A stretch of 64,000 nucleotides of DNA, from positions 59,252-123,251 of the forward strand of contig JAAWDG010000001.1 in assembly GCA_022793655.1 (NCBI GenBank), given 5' to 3'. The notes below the pieces were generated by a model. The model was not told where the DNA came from. It searched no databases and saw nothing but the letters and a program-made list of their open reading frames with translations. The first letter of the stretch is position 1. Every line of letters starts with the position of its first letter. Origin of the DNA: Clostridiales bacterium. Its GTDB lineage: Bacteria; Bacillota; Clostridia; Oscillospirales; CAG-272. Shown in pieces: positions 45,871 through 56,200 of this stretch. A program made the position numbers and the translations under genes.

Positions 45871-48027
45871 ATGAAGAGATTTATGAGTGTTTTAGCCCTG
45901 TGCCTGATGATGGTGATCGTAGTGGGACCGATTGCAGGCAACGCAGCGGCGTATTCCTCCTTTACCTATTCGATCGACGGCGAGCAGCTGCTTTCGCCCG
46001 ATGGCTATACGCCGGACCGGACGATTACCTCAGAATATATGGGGCTGCATGCTTCACTAAATGAGCCGACTGACTTAGTGACCGATGCAAATGGCAATGT
46101 ATATATTGCCGATCCAAATAACAATCGTATTATTATTTTGGATCAGTACTATAAACTAATTTACGAATTAAAAACATTTGTCAATGACCAGGGTATTAAC
46201 GATGCACTAAGCGGTGCACGCGGACTGTGCGTAACAGACAAGTATATTTATGTTGCCGACACAGGCTTAAAGAGAATACTGGTTTTTGAAAAATTTAATG
46301 CCGAGACGGGCAAATGTGAATTTGTCAATCGTTTTGAAGAGCCGGAATCTGACTCCTTTGCAAAAGACAGTACCTACATGCCGGTCGCTATTGCGGCCGA
46401 CCGGGCCGGACGTATGTATGTTGTATCGGCTACGACCTATGAAGGTATTATCGCGCTCAATGCGGACGGTACGTTCAGTGGATTTGTTGGTGCACAAAAG
46501 GGTAACTATAATGCATTAGACCTTTTCTGGAGACGTTTTCAGACGAAAGAGCAAAGAGAAGCAAGTCAATCGAATTTATCGGTGGAATACAACAATATAA
46601 CCATTGATGAAAATGGATTCGCCTATGCGACGACTTCTGCCATTGATCCTGCAAAGCAGCAGGCAACCATTGAGAGCAAGTCGAGCGATGGCACCTATGC
46701 CCCTGTTAAAAAACTCAATACAGCGGGCGATGATATCATGCGTCGTAACGGATTTTATCCACCCTCGGGTGCGGTTTCGGTTACGAGCGAGAACCAAGCA
46801 GCAGAAGGACAAATCTTTGGTGCCTCTACCATTGTCGATGCGGCGATTGGTCCAGAGGGCACATGGTCTATTTTGGACCAGAAGCGAAGCATGATCTTTA
46901 CTTATGATGCGGATGGTCAGCTGTTGTTTGCTTTTGGCGACAAGGGTGAACAGTTAGGTAACCTCAAATCGCCGAACTCAATCACTTATCAAGGCGACAA
47001 GCTCTTAGCACTGGATGCTACCATGAACTCGGTGACGATTTATACCAGAACTGAGTATGGCGATATATTGATTAATGCACTAAAAGCCAATAACGACCGC
47101 CGATTTGATGAGGCGACCACGTATTGGAAAGCAATTTTGCAGAGAAACAACAACTTCGACGCAGCTTACCAAGGCTTAGGCCAGGCCGCTTATCGAAGCG
47201 GAAACTGGGATCTTTCCATGGATTATTTTGGCTCATGTCTGTCCCTTAATGAATATTCCGATTCGTTTAAGATGTGGCGTAAAGACTGGGTTGAGAAATA
47301 TGTCATTGTCATTCCCATTTTTGTGATTGTTGTTTTATTTGCTATTGTTAAATTCTTTGGCTATGCTAATAAAGTGAACAAACGGGTGGCGACCTCAGGC
47401 GAGAAACGGAAACTTTCACATGAACTGCTTTATGGATTCCATTTGATTTTCCATCCATTTGATGGTTTCTGGGACTTAAAGCATGAAAAGCGAGGTTCTT
47501 TACGAGCAGCACTGATTTATTTAGTAATTACGGTGGCGGCGTTTGTATACGCCAGCGTTGGTAAATCATTCTTATTTGATCCAATCAAATCGACCAGCAG
47601 TATTTTTATGCAGGCTGCATCGGTTGTACTGCCTGTGTTGCTTTGGTCGGTGGCGAACTGGTGTTTGACAACATTGATGGAAGGCGAAGGCAGCTTTAAG
47701 GACGTTTTTGTGGCTACTTGCTATGCGCTGCTGCCGCTGCCCATGCTGATGATTCCATCGGTATTGCTTACACATGTGTTTACCCTGAACGAAAGTGGAT
47801 TCCTATCTTTGATTGATGGTATCATGTGGGTATGGATTGGTCTTTTGATCTTCTTTGGCTGCATGATCACCCATGATTATACAATCGGAAAGAACACGGT
47901 CACTTGTCTTTTCACCATTGTGGGTATGTGTTTGATTATGTTTATCGGCATTTTGTTCTCAACAATGATGGTGAAGATGGTTACGCTTGTATCCAATATT
48001 GCTACCGAGCTTTCGTACCGAATGTAG
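45871..48027 (+). CDS. NHL-repeat beta-propeller / TPR / Yip1-type membrane domain fusion protein
   Basis: Signal peptide. NHL-type repeats (DANGNVYIADPNNNRIIILD, YIYVADTGLKRILVF). A TPR-like segment (YWKAILQRNNNFDAAYQGLGQAAYRSGNW). Five C-terminal TM helices of Yip1 type. Confidence 0.7.
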   Translation: MKRFMSVLALCLMMVIVVGPIAGNAAAYSSFTYSIDGEQLLSPDGYTPDRTITSEYMGLHASLNEPTDLVTDANGNVYIADPNNNRIIILDQYYKLIYELKTFVNDQGINDALSGARGLCVTDKYIYVADTGLKRILVFEKFNAETGKCEFVNRFEEPESDSFAKDSTYMPVAIAADRAGRMYVVSATTYEGIIALNADGTFSGFVGAQKGNYNALDLFWRRFQTKEQREASQSNLSVEYNNITIDENGFAYATTSAIDPAKQQATIESKSSDGTYAPVKKLNTAGDDIMRRNGFYPPSGAVSVTSENQAAEGQIFGASTIVDAAIGPEGTWSILDQKRSMIFTYDADGQLLFAFGDKGEQLGNLKSPNSITYQGDKLLALDATMNSVTIYTRTEYGDILINALKANNDRRFDEATTYWKAILQRNNNFDAAYQGLGQAAYRSGNWDLSMDYFGSCLSLNEYSDSFKMWRKDWVEKYVIVIPIFVIVVLFAIVKFFGYANKVNKRVATSGEKRKLSHELLYGFHLIFHPFDGFWDLKHEKRGSLRAALIYLVITVAAFVYASVGKSFLFDPIKSTSSIFMQAASVVLPVLLWSVANWCLTTLMEGEGSFKDVFVATCYALLPLPMLMIPSVLLTHVFTLNESGFLSLIDGIMWVWIGLLIFFGCMITHDYTIGKNTVTCLFTIVGMCLIMFIGILFSTMMVKMVTLVSNIATELSYRM

Positions 48028-48042
48028 AAAGGAGGAAAGTCT

Positions 48043-51024
48043 ATGAAAAATTATGCAAAAAAAATATCAATACTTCTTGCGCTTATCTTAACCCTTACGG
48101 GCTTTCAGGGACTTTTCAGCCTTTCTGTATTAGCTGATGATACCGTTGCATCTGTCTCTGATGAAGAAGAGGAAGAAGAACTGCCGGATTACACAAAAAT
48201 CCAGCATGCAACGGGCCAAGCCAAATTAGAGGATATACGCTCTAAATTAGCCTATGATGAAGAGGGCAATTATTTAGGCGGCAACAATCTTTTTACCAGA
48301 AGAGGTGACTATTATCTTTATGTAGATGCTTTTTCGGGTGAAGTGATTTGGCAAAACAAGAAAACAGGCGAAATGCTGTTTTCAAACCCCTATGATGTGG
48401 CATATCCCGAGACGGCCAGAACGTCAAGCGTCAAGCAAGAACTGCTCAGCCAGATTATTCTGACTTATTCAGATTCAGTGTCTGAGCAAACGATGAACTC
48501 TTATCGGGACGCTTGCCAAAACGAGCAAATTACGCTTAAATATATAACCAACGGTATTCGTGTCAACTATTCAATTGGTGAAGAAGAGGGCCGTAAGTTG
48601 GTACCGCGTATGATTGAAAAATCGCGTTTTGAAAGCCTGATCTTGAATCTGATTCCCGAAGGCCGGGACAGAGAGTTGATCTTAACCTACTATACGCTGC
48701 TTGATCAAAGCGATGAAACATTAACATCCGCGCAGCTTACTCATTTAAAGCAGAATTATCCGATCACTAATACCATGGCGGTATATGTGTTTGACTCGGA
48801 TGCTTTAAAGAGAGAGTTAAACAATGTGGAAGGCATTATTTCCCGCTATACCGAATATACCTTCGATGATTTGAACGAGGACCATTCTACGGTTGGTTAT
48901 GAAGGAAACGATGCGGCACCGCCTGTTTTCAGAATGGGACTTGAATATACACTGGACGAGGACGGTTCCTTGCAGGTTCGTCTGGCGTCAAGCGGTATTC
49001 GCTATGATGAGGATAACTACCAGTTAAAATCAATCAGCATTTTGCCTTATTTTGGTGCAACCAGCAACAAATATCAAGGTTACACCTTCTTGCCGGATGG
49101 AAGCGGCGCGCTGATTCAGAACAGTGACGAGGCTTACACGCTCGCAGGTCAAATCTATGGCAGAGACTTTGCATACCATCAACTCAGCGGTGCGAACCAA
49201 GAGACAATTCGGATGCCTGTATTCGGCGTTGTTCAGCATACAGACCCTGTTGTGAAAGCGGAGGAAAGTGATGTAGAGCAGACGGATGAGCCTGTTACAG
49301 AACCGACCGATGAGGAGGGGGAACCCGAGGATCCAGACGCCGAGGGTGAAGATGAGACCGAAGACGAACCAGAGGAAGAAGAGGAGCCCATCCCCGTTCC
49401 CGATGGAACCGTTTTAAAGCCTGACAGCGCATATGGTTATTTTGCTGTGATCGAAGAGGGCGCACCGTTAGCAACCATTACATCAACGCATGGCGGTACG
49501 GTGTATAAATACAGTTCTGTTTACACACGATTCTCACCCAGAGCGTCGGATACATACGATTTAAAGGGTTCTTTGGCAGTTGACGGCAATACCATGTACA
49601 CGGTGAACAGCAAGCGTAAGTACACGGGTAACTACACACTTCGCTTCTATATGCTGACGGATGATGCGTTAGCGTCACGTGCAAATCTCACAAAAGATGA
49701 GTACTACGAAGTCAGCTATATGGGTATGGCCAAAGCATATCAGGATTATCTGGTAAATAAAGAAGGCCTTACAGCACTGACCAAAGAGACAACTTCATCG
49801 GGCGTTCCGTTGTATATTGAATCGTTCGGTGCTTTGGACACCGATGGCACTTTCCTTAGCTTCCCTGTTACGGTCAAGCGGGCGCTGACCACCTTTGATG
49901 ATCTCAAAGACATGTATGGGACGCTTGAGGAAGCGGGCATTACCAATGTCAACTTCAAATTAACCGGCTTTACAAACGGTGGTATGAGGCCGACCAGCCC
50001 CTATCATGTTAAGTTTGTGGATAAAGTTGGCGGAAACTCGGGCTTTAAAGATTTTCTGTCTTATGCGAGCGAGAAAAATATTGGCGTATACCCAGACTTT
50101 GATTTCTCGTATGTAGCAAAGACGGGATGGTTTGATGGCTTTGACATTAAAAAGCAGGCGATCAAAACCATTGATGACCGTTATACACAAAAGAGAGAAT
50201 ACAGCGCGATTTACCAAAGCTTTGAAAATACAGGCTTAATTGGTGTATCGCCCCGCGCTATGAAGGACGTATATGAGAACTTTACCAAAGAATATGCGAA
50301 ACTCGGCGCGACGACGCTTTCGGTTAGCACGCTGGGCTCGGATTTGAACTCAGATTTCAACCGTAAAAATCCGAATGACCGTTCAGATGCACAAATGGAA
50401 GTCAGCGACTTGTTAGCGCAGATGGATGAAGATTATCAAAGCATCATGCTGGATGGCGGTAACGCGTATACGCTGAAATATGCCGATCATATTTTAAATA
50501 TGCCGCTTGAATCCAGCCGGTTTGCGAAAGCAAGCCAGTCGATTCCGTTTATGTCGCTGGTTCTGCACGGCTTTGTGCAGTATACAGGCCGCCCCACCAA
50601 TATGGCGAGCGATTCGAGCTATGAGCTGTTAAAAATGATTGAGGCGGGTGCGAATCCATATTTTGTATTGTCTTCTCAAAATCTTTCTTACTTGAAAGAG
50701 GATGAGACACTAAATAAATATTATTCTGTGTCTTTTGATATCTGGAAAGATGATTTGGTTGAGACATATACAACCATGAACGATCTATTTAAAGAACTGC
50801 AAACCGAAACAATTGCCAATCATGAGTTCCTTGGCGGTATGCGTGTTCATACAGCAGAAGAGTCGGCAGCGGCTTCTTCAGAAAAGCAGTTTGAAACCGA
50901 TTCAGGTACGATTGTGCGGGTAACCTATTCAAATGGAACGCAGTTCTATATCAACTATAACAGTTTTGACGTAACAACCGAAGATGGGGCAGCCATTCCT
51001 GCCAACAGCTACGTAAAACGTTAA
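48043..51024 (+). CDS. large secreted protein of unknown function (possibly DUF5696-like)
   Basis: Signal peptide and an acidic insert (EESDVEQTDEPVTEPTDEEGEPEDPDAEGEDETEDEPEEEEEP). I recall this family co-occurring with Yip1-type and extra permease genes in Firmicute sugar loci. This recollection is unverified. Confidence 0.6.
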   Translation: MKNYAKKISILLALILTLTGFQGLFSLSVLADDTVASVSDEEEEEELPDYTKIQHATGQAKLEDIRSKLAYDEEGNYLGGNNLFTRRGDYYLYVDAFSGEVIWQNKKTGEMLFSNPYDVAYPETARTSSVKQELLSQIILTYSDSVSEQTMNSYRDACQNEQITLKYITNGIRVNYSIGEEEGRKLVPRMIEKSRFESLILNLIPEGRDRELILTYYTLLDQSDETLTSAQLTHLKQNYPITNTMAVYVFDSDALKRELNNVEGIISRYTEYTFDDLNEDHSTVGYEGNDAAPPVFRMGLEYTLDEDGSLQVRLASSGIRYDEDNYQLKSISILPYFGATSNKYQGYTFLPDGSGALIQNSDEAYTLAGQIYGRDFAYHQLSGANQETIRMPVFGVVQHTDPVVKAEESDVEQTDEPVTEPTDEEGEPEDPDAEGEDETEDEPEEEEEPIPVPDGTVLKPDSAYGYFAVIEEGAPLATITSTHGGTVYKYSSVYTRFSPRASDTYDLKGSLAVDGNTMYTVNSKRKYTGNYTLRFYMLTDDALASRANLTKDEYYEVSYMGMAKAYQDYLVNKEGLTALTKETTSSGVPLYIESFGALDTDGTFLSFPVTVKRALTTFDDLKDMYGTLEEAGITNVNFKLTGFTNGGMRPTSPYHVKFVDKVGGNSGFKDFLSYASEKNIGVYPDFDFSYVAKTGWFDGFDIKKQAIKTIDDRYTQKREYSAIYQSFENTGLIGVSPRAMKDVYENFTKEYAKLGATTLSVSTLGSDLNSDFNRKNPNDRSDAQMEVSDLLAQMDEDYQSIMLDGGNAYTLKYADHILNMPLESSRFAKASQSIPFMSLVLHGFVQYTGRPTNMASDSSYELLKMIEAGANPYFVLSSQNLSYLKEDETLNKYYSVSFDIWKDDLVETYTTMNDLFKELQTETIANHEFLGGMRVHTAEESAAASSEKQFETDSGTIVRVTYSNGTQFYINYNSFDVTTEDGAAIPANSYVKR

Positions 51025-51039
51025 GGAAAGGAGATCAAT

Positions 51040-52008
51040 ATGACATCAGCAGCAAAAGCAGCCGCGCCTAAAAAGAGTCGCCGCGGTGCATCGCTACAAG
51101 CGAAAAAACAGCGTGCGGGGTGGATTTTTGTTCTCCCGTTTATCGTTGGATTGGTAATGGTATATTTACCGATTGTTGTGAACTCAATCGTTGTAAGCTT
51201 TCATAAATTTTCTCCGCTGAGAAATGGCTATGCGCTTGATTTCGTGGGGTTTGAAAATTATCAGTACGCATTATTTAAGGATACCGACTTTGTTCAAAAG
51301 TTGGTATCCGGCATCCAGTCCTTGATCTTTAGTATTCCTGCCATTGTTATTTTTTCCTTGTTTATGGCGGTGTTACTGAATCAAAAAATGCTTGGGCGGG
51401 CTGCTTTCAGAGCTATCTTCTTCGTGCCGGTTATTCTTAGCACAGGTATTGTTGAGAAAATAGATTTAGGCAATAAGATGATCAATGACTTAGGCGAATC
51501 CGCCGGGATTGATACCGGTGCTACCGAAGAGGCCGGCGGACAACTCAACCAGATTGTTTCCGCGGTGGATATTGAGAATTTATTCTCGAATATGGCGGTT
51601 GGTACAGGACTTGTAAAATATGTTGTAACGCTGGTGAACGGCGTATACGATATTATCAACCGTTCGGGTGTACAAATGCTTATTTTCCTTGCCGGTTTGC
51701 AGTCCATTTCGCCGGCGATTTACGAGTCTTGCTCCATTGATGGTGCAACGACATGGGAAACCTTCTGGAAAATTACATTCCCCATGATCTCGCCTATGAT
51801 TTTGGTTAATGCAATTTATACCATTATTAATTCCTTTACTTCGGGTAAAAATGAGATGATGGTTTATATCAACCAAGTTTATACGAGCAGCGGCGGTAAT
51901 GTGCGCAGCGCGGCGATGTCTTGGATTTATTTCTTGATTGTTATGGTCGTGGTTGGTATCGTAGCGGCTATTATATCGAGTTATATCTTCTATCAGAGAA
52001 AAGATTAG
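51040..52008 (+). CDS. ABC sugar transporter permease (MalF-like), pair 2
   Basis: EAA-loop region YESCSIDGATTWETFWKITFP. Polytopic. Confidence 0.85.
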   Translation: MTSAAKAAAPKKSRRGASLQAKKQRAGWIFVLPFIVGLVMVYLPIVVNSIVVSFHKFSPLRNGYALDFVGFENYQYALFKDTDFVQKLVSGIQSLIFSIPAIVIFSLFMAVLLNQKMLGRAAFRAIFFVPVILSTGIVEKIDLGNKMINDLGESAGIDTGATEEAGGQLNQIVSAVDIENLFSNMAVGTGLVKYVVTLVNGVYDIINRSGVQMLIFLAGLQSISPAIYESCSIDGATTWETFWKITFPMISPMILVNAIYTIINSFTSGKNEMMVYINQVYTSSGGNVRSAAMSWIYFLIVMVVVGIVAAIISSYIFYQRKD

Positions 52009-52024
52009 GAAAGGAGGAGAAAAA

Positions 52025-53017
52025 ATGAATCAGGCAAAAATAAAAAAGGAAACCAAGAATTCAATTAAAGTCGAATTTGAAGATCGAACATCCCGCTTAG
52101 AACGCTGGAAACTGAAATATCTTTCGTTTAATTTTTTGGGAAGAGTCATTTTCTATATTTTGAGATTCTTGCTCCTTCTTGGAATTTCATACGTTATTCT
52201 GTATCCTTTTCTGACCAAGATCACCTCGTCGTTTATGAGTCTTGATGACTTGGTTGACAGTACGGTAAAGCTTATTCCTAAATATCCTACCTTGGATCGA
52301 TATCGCATGTATATTACCGGGTACGGCTATTTTAGAGCTTTGTTCAATACGCTGTTCCTTTCAGCGGCATTAGGTCTTTTGCAGACATTTGTGTGCTGCT
52401 TTATTGGTTACGGTTTTGCGAAATATAAGTTTAAAGGCAATCGAATTTTGTTTATGCTGGTTGTGTTTACGATGATTGTACCGCACAACGCGCTACAATT
52501 TGCCATGTATATGAAATTCAGATTCTTTGATATATTTGGCATTATAGAACTCATCAAGGGTTCTGCGATCAACACGCTGAATACCTTCTTCCCGTTTATT
52601 GCGCTTTCGGCGACGGGGCTGGCCTTTCAGAATGGTCTTTATATCTTTATGATGCGCCAGTTCTTCAAAGGGGTGCCCGACGAGTTAGAGGAATCGGCCT
52701 ATATCGATGGTTCAGGTGTGTTCAGAACTTTCTTCACCATCATTCTGCCCCTTTCGGTGCCTATGATGGTGACGATCTTCTTGTTTGCATTCTCTTGGCA
52801 GTGGACCGACTATTTTTACACCAATTTGTTCCTGCCCAGCGGAAAAACGTTGCTTATGGGTAACTTTGTAGCAAGCGATTTGGCGAATGCAACCGGACAG
52901 GGCGCGGCCAACTTGGCGGCAGCTTCGTTGCTGATCATTGCCCCGCTGATCATTGTATATTTGTTTGGACAAAAATACTTGATTCAGGGTATTGAAAGAT
53001 CGGGTATTGTTGGTTAA
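52025..53017 (+). CDS. ABC sugar transporter permease (MalG-like), pair 2
   Basis: EAA-loop region EESAYIDGSGVFRTFFTIILP. Polytopic. Confidence 0.85.
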   Translation: MNQAKIKKETKNSIKVEFEDRTSRLERWKLKYLSFNFLGRVIFYILRFLLLLGISYVILYPFLTKITSSFMSLDDLVDSTVKLIPKYPTLDRYRMYITGYGYFRALFNTLFLSAALGLLQTFVCCFIGYGFAKYKFKGNRILFMLVVFTMIVPHNALQFAMYMKFRFFDIFGIIELIKGSAINTLNTFFPFIALSATGLAFQNGLYIFMMRQFFKGVPDELEESAYIDGSGVFRTFFTIILPLSVPMMVTIFLFAFSWQWTDYFYTNLFLPSGKTLLMGNFVASDLANATGQGAANLAAASLLIIAPLIIVYLFGQKYLIQGIERSGIVG

Positions 53018-53044
53018 AAGCAATTGAATAAGATGTAATAAAGA

Positions 53045-53078
53045 AAAACAGTCAGATATCTGACTGTTTTTTCTTTTT
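53045..53078 (+). terminator. rho-independent terminator ending the transporter operon
   Basis: Perfect palindrome aaaacagtcagatatctgactgtttt followed by a T-run. Confidence 0.75.
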
Positions 53079-53267
53079 GCCGCTGGACTTAAGAAATGCA
53101 CCATGATTCGACAAATTTTTATGGTAATAACAGCCAAGAACAAAGGACGCAAATTGTCACATGTGACAAAAAGTGGGAATTTTGGCTATTCATTATTGAT
53201 AGATTTTCCAAATTATTATAAAATGAAGTTGTATACAACAACATTTATAAGAAGAGGAGGAAAAAGA

Positions 53268-56200
53268 ATGAGATTTCGAAAGGTTTTATCTGCTGTTTTA
53301 GCGCTTGTGATCGTGCTGTCTTTATGTCCAGCGTCGGTTTATTCGCAAGCGGCGCAGGCACTCACGGGTCCAGTTCCTTTAGGTGAGCCTGTACGTTTGG
53401 TAAGCGCTGACGGCAATGGCGCGTTTATGTCCGCCTTAACATTTACGCCCGAAACAGAAACCTGTTTTACGATGATTTTTGATATCCAGGGTGCGACCGA
53501 GAGCGAGCCCTACACCATTGGCGGTGTAACAGGCAGCTTGAACGGGGGCATTAATCCGAATAATTCGGGGAATATGCCGGTTGGCTGGACTGTTTCGTAT
53601 ACAGGAAACGGCGCGAAATATCTTTCGGTCGGATTTTATTGCTGGCAGTGGTTAGATTATTCAACTTTTCAGGTGAACAGTCTTTCGCTGTCTGATCCCA
53701 ATGGTACCCGTTCGGGGGCCACAGATTTGGGACCGAACACAGGAGCAACCTTTGAGCTGCTTGATATTGTCATGGGCGGCGCCGGCTATGACATTACGTT
53801 CAAGAGCGAGGATGGCAGTGAAACGTATTATCATGGCACAGGCACACTTAGCAATCCGCACCAATGGGCGGTTGCCAACGGCGATTTTCCGGCGCTTGAG
53901 GAGGTCTATGCAGGGGCACCGACGAAACCGAGCCAAGGGAATATCAGCTATGAGTTTGCCGGTTGGGTGGATGAAAACGGCAAGCCGGTCTTATATGCGG
54001 CCGGGACCAAAACGGTTTATGCTTCGTATAAAGCGGTGGAAACCCGTACGCTGCACACAGTTACATTGGTGTCCCCTTCATCGGCTGGGCCGGACGGGTT
54101 GGCAGACGTGACGGTAACGCCTGATTTGCAGGGGGACAAGCTAAAAGATGGCATCATGACGCTTTCTTATGATCCGTCGGTCGTTCGTTATGTGTCCGCA
54201 CAGGTTGGCCCTGAATTTAGTGGGCTGCAAGCAAGCTTCAGCGATGACAAGGCGGGGAGCGTAACCATCCGGTATTCCTCAGAAGAGGAGATCGCCGGCA
54301 CGACAGGCCCGCTTTTCTCGTTTGCGTTTCAGACGAAATCGTTGGCGGCCGCAGGTCAAAGAGCGGTCTTTGCGTTGTCAGCTTCGCCGGGGAGCGTTTC
54401 GGATGCCGCATCATTTTATGATGTCGTCGATAATCATGCAAACGGAGTGCTGACCATTGCTTCAGTTGATCGATTCAGCGTGTATGAGCAGGGCATCAGA
54501 CAAGAGGCCATTGCTTTCACAGAAGAAAAAATCACGCTGATTGGCGAAGAGGGACTCTATAACGGCTCTTACCAAACACATTCTGATGGAACAAGGGCGA
54601 TTGGCTTTGTGTTTGATGTAACCGGCGTGACGTCGCCCATTACCATTGGCGATGTATTCGGAACCTTTATGACAAACGGCTCGGACACGCTGCAAAGCAC
54701 AAACGATTCTTCGGCTTATATTACCGAGAACAGCACCTTTACCGGCGGCCAGCCTATTTCACAGGATGGCCGGTATATCGCGTGGCTCGGCCATTCATTT
54801 TTAAGCGATTCAGGAGCTTATCTTGCTCTGATTACACAATTTAATATCAGCGATGCCACGGGCGCAGAGAAATTTGCCGATACGGTGAATAGGAATACAG
54901 GCGCTTCGTTCCGGTTGGTTGGCATAGCGGAGGCCCATACCGACGCATTGCCCAGCGCAGAAATTGTATTTAAAGATGAACAAGACAGTCTGCTGCAAAC
55001 TGCTACGGTCGATTTCAGCGGCGGGTTTACCGATTATAGCGCAAACGCATGCGGCAAAGCGCCTTTGCTTGCTACTTTATTTACGGGTACTCTGCCCGAT
55101 AAAATTGAGAATGGCGTGCGCTATCGCTTAGCAGGTTGGCAGACGAAAGATGGACAGTCGGTTCGTTATGCAGACCGCAGCATGACCGTGTATCCCATTT
55201 ACGAAGAGGTGCCAACCATGGCCCTTACGGTACAGGCTGACCCGGCCGAGCGGGACGACCGTGCTGTTGTACATGTCGGCTGTCAAGACAATACCGATAA
55301 AGCCGGTGTCATTGCATTCAATCTTTTGTATGACCCGTCGGTATATACTTATCGGCAAGTGACCACAGGGATCGAAGGGGCTTCGGTCACAGCGGCGGTG
55401 CAGCAAGAAGGCATACTTGCCGTACAAATTACCAGTGAGGTGGGTATCAGCGCACCTAATACAGCGCTTGCGGATATTGTGTTTGCTGTGTCAGCTGAGG
55501 CCGAGACAGGGGCGTATCCCTTCACAGTGCAGGCCGGAAGCGACCCGTCATTGAGCACGACGGGCAAAGAATATTGGCTGGAAGGCAGTTCAGCACAAGG
55601 CTCCGTGACCGATCTAATGACTTATTATGATTATAAAAATAAGACGCCTGATGGACGGTTGGTTGGCACGGTCATGACGCCGCCCGAAAAATGGTCCGGC
55701 AATGCAAACAAGGATGTGTCGCTTGCTATCGATGGTGACTATGATACCGCTTGGCGGTGTTCGGGTCAAAACTATTATACAGCCAAGCTGCAATATTATG
55801 GCTTTGATTTTGGTGGAGAGACTCGTCTTTCGTCCATTACGTTTAAAGCGGCGCACTATTCTTCTGCATACGGCGGACTGCGCTTAGAAGTATCGAACGA
55901 CAATCTAAATTGGCAGACCATTTGGACCGACGCGACCGAAGGTTACGCGGGCCGGATTGTCACTGTTGACGCGAGCAATTGGGATGCCTCTGTCATGACA
56001 GAGGGCAGCCTTTGGCGGTATATACGCCTTGCCTATGGCAATGAACAAGAGTATGCCGGCTGGACGATGCTTTCTGTATATGAATTAGAAGCAAGCGGTC
56101 AGGTGGTCATTCCCAAAGCAGAGAAAGCGAACGGATTTACAAATCCAAATCCGGCAGCGCAGTCTCTTCCTGCCGCGGCGATGGCTGGGGGTGTTCGCTT

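Noticed and set aside
49260-49400. Poly-acidic tract (EESDVEQTDEP...EEEEEP) in the 993-aa protein, considered as a separate feature or a frameshift artefact.
   Set aside because: The reading frame is continuous, and flanking sequence on both sides belongs to the same protein. It is treated as a low-complexity linker.
53103-53267. N-terminal extension of the giant surface protein (track start 53103). Similar long-start versions exist for 2313, 22249, 25187, 27647, 32312, 58890, 8408 and 59921.
   Set aside because: Downstream in-frame ATGs have canonical GGAGG-type RBSs and begin recognisable signal peptides or conserved N-termini. The extensions cross terminators or promoter-like AT-rich DNA.
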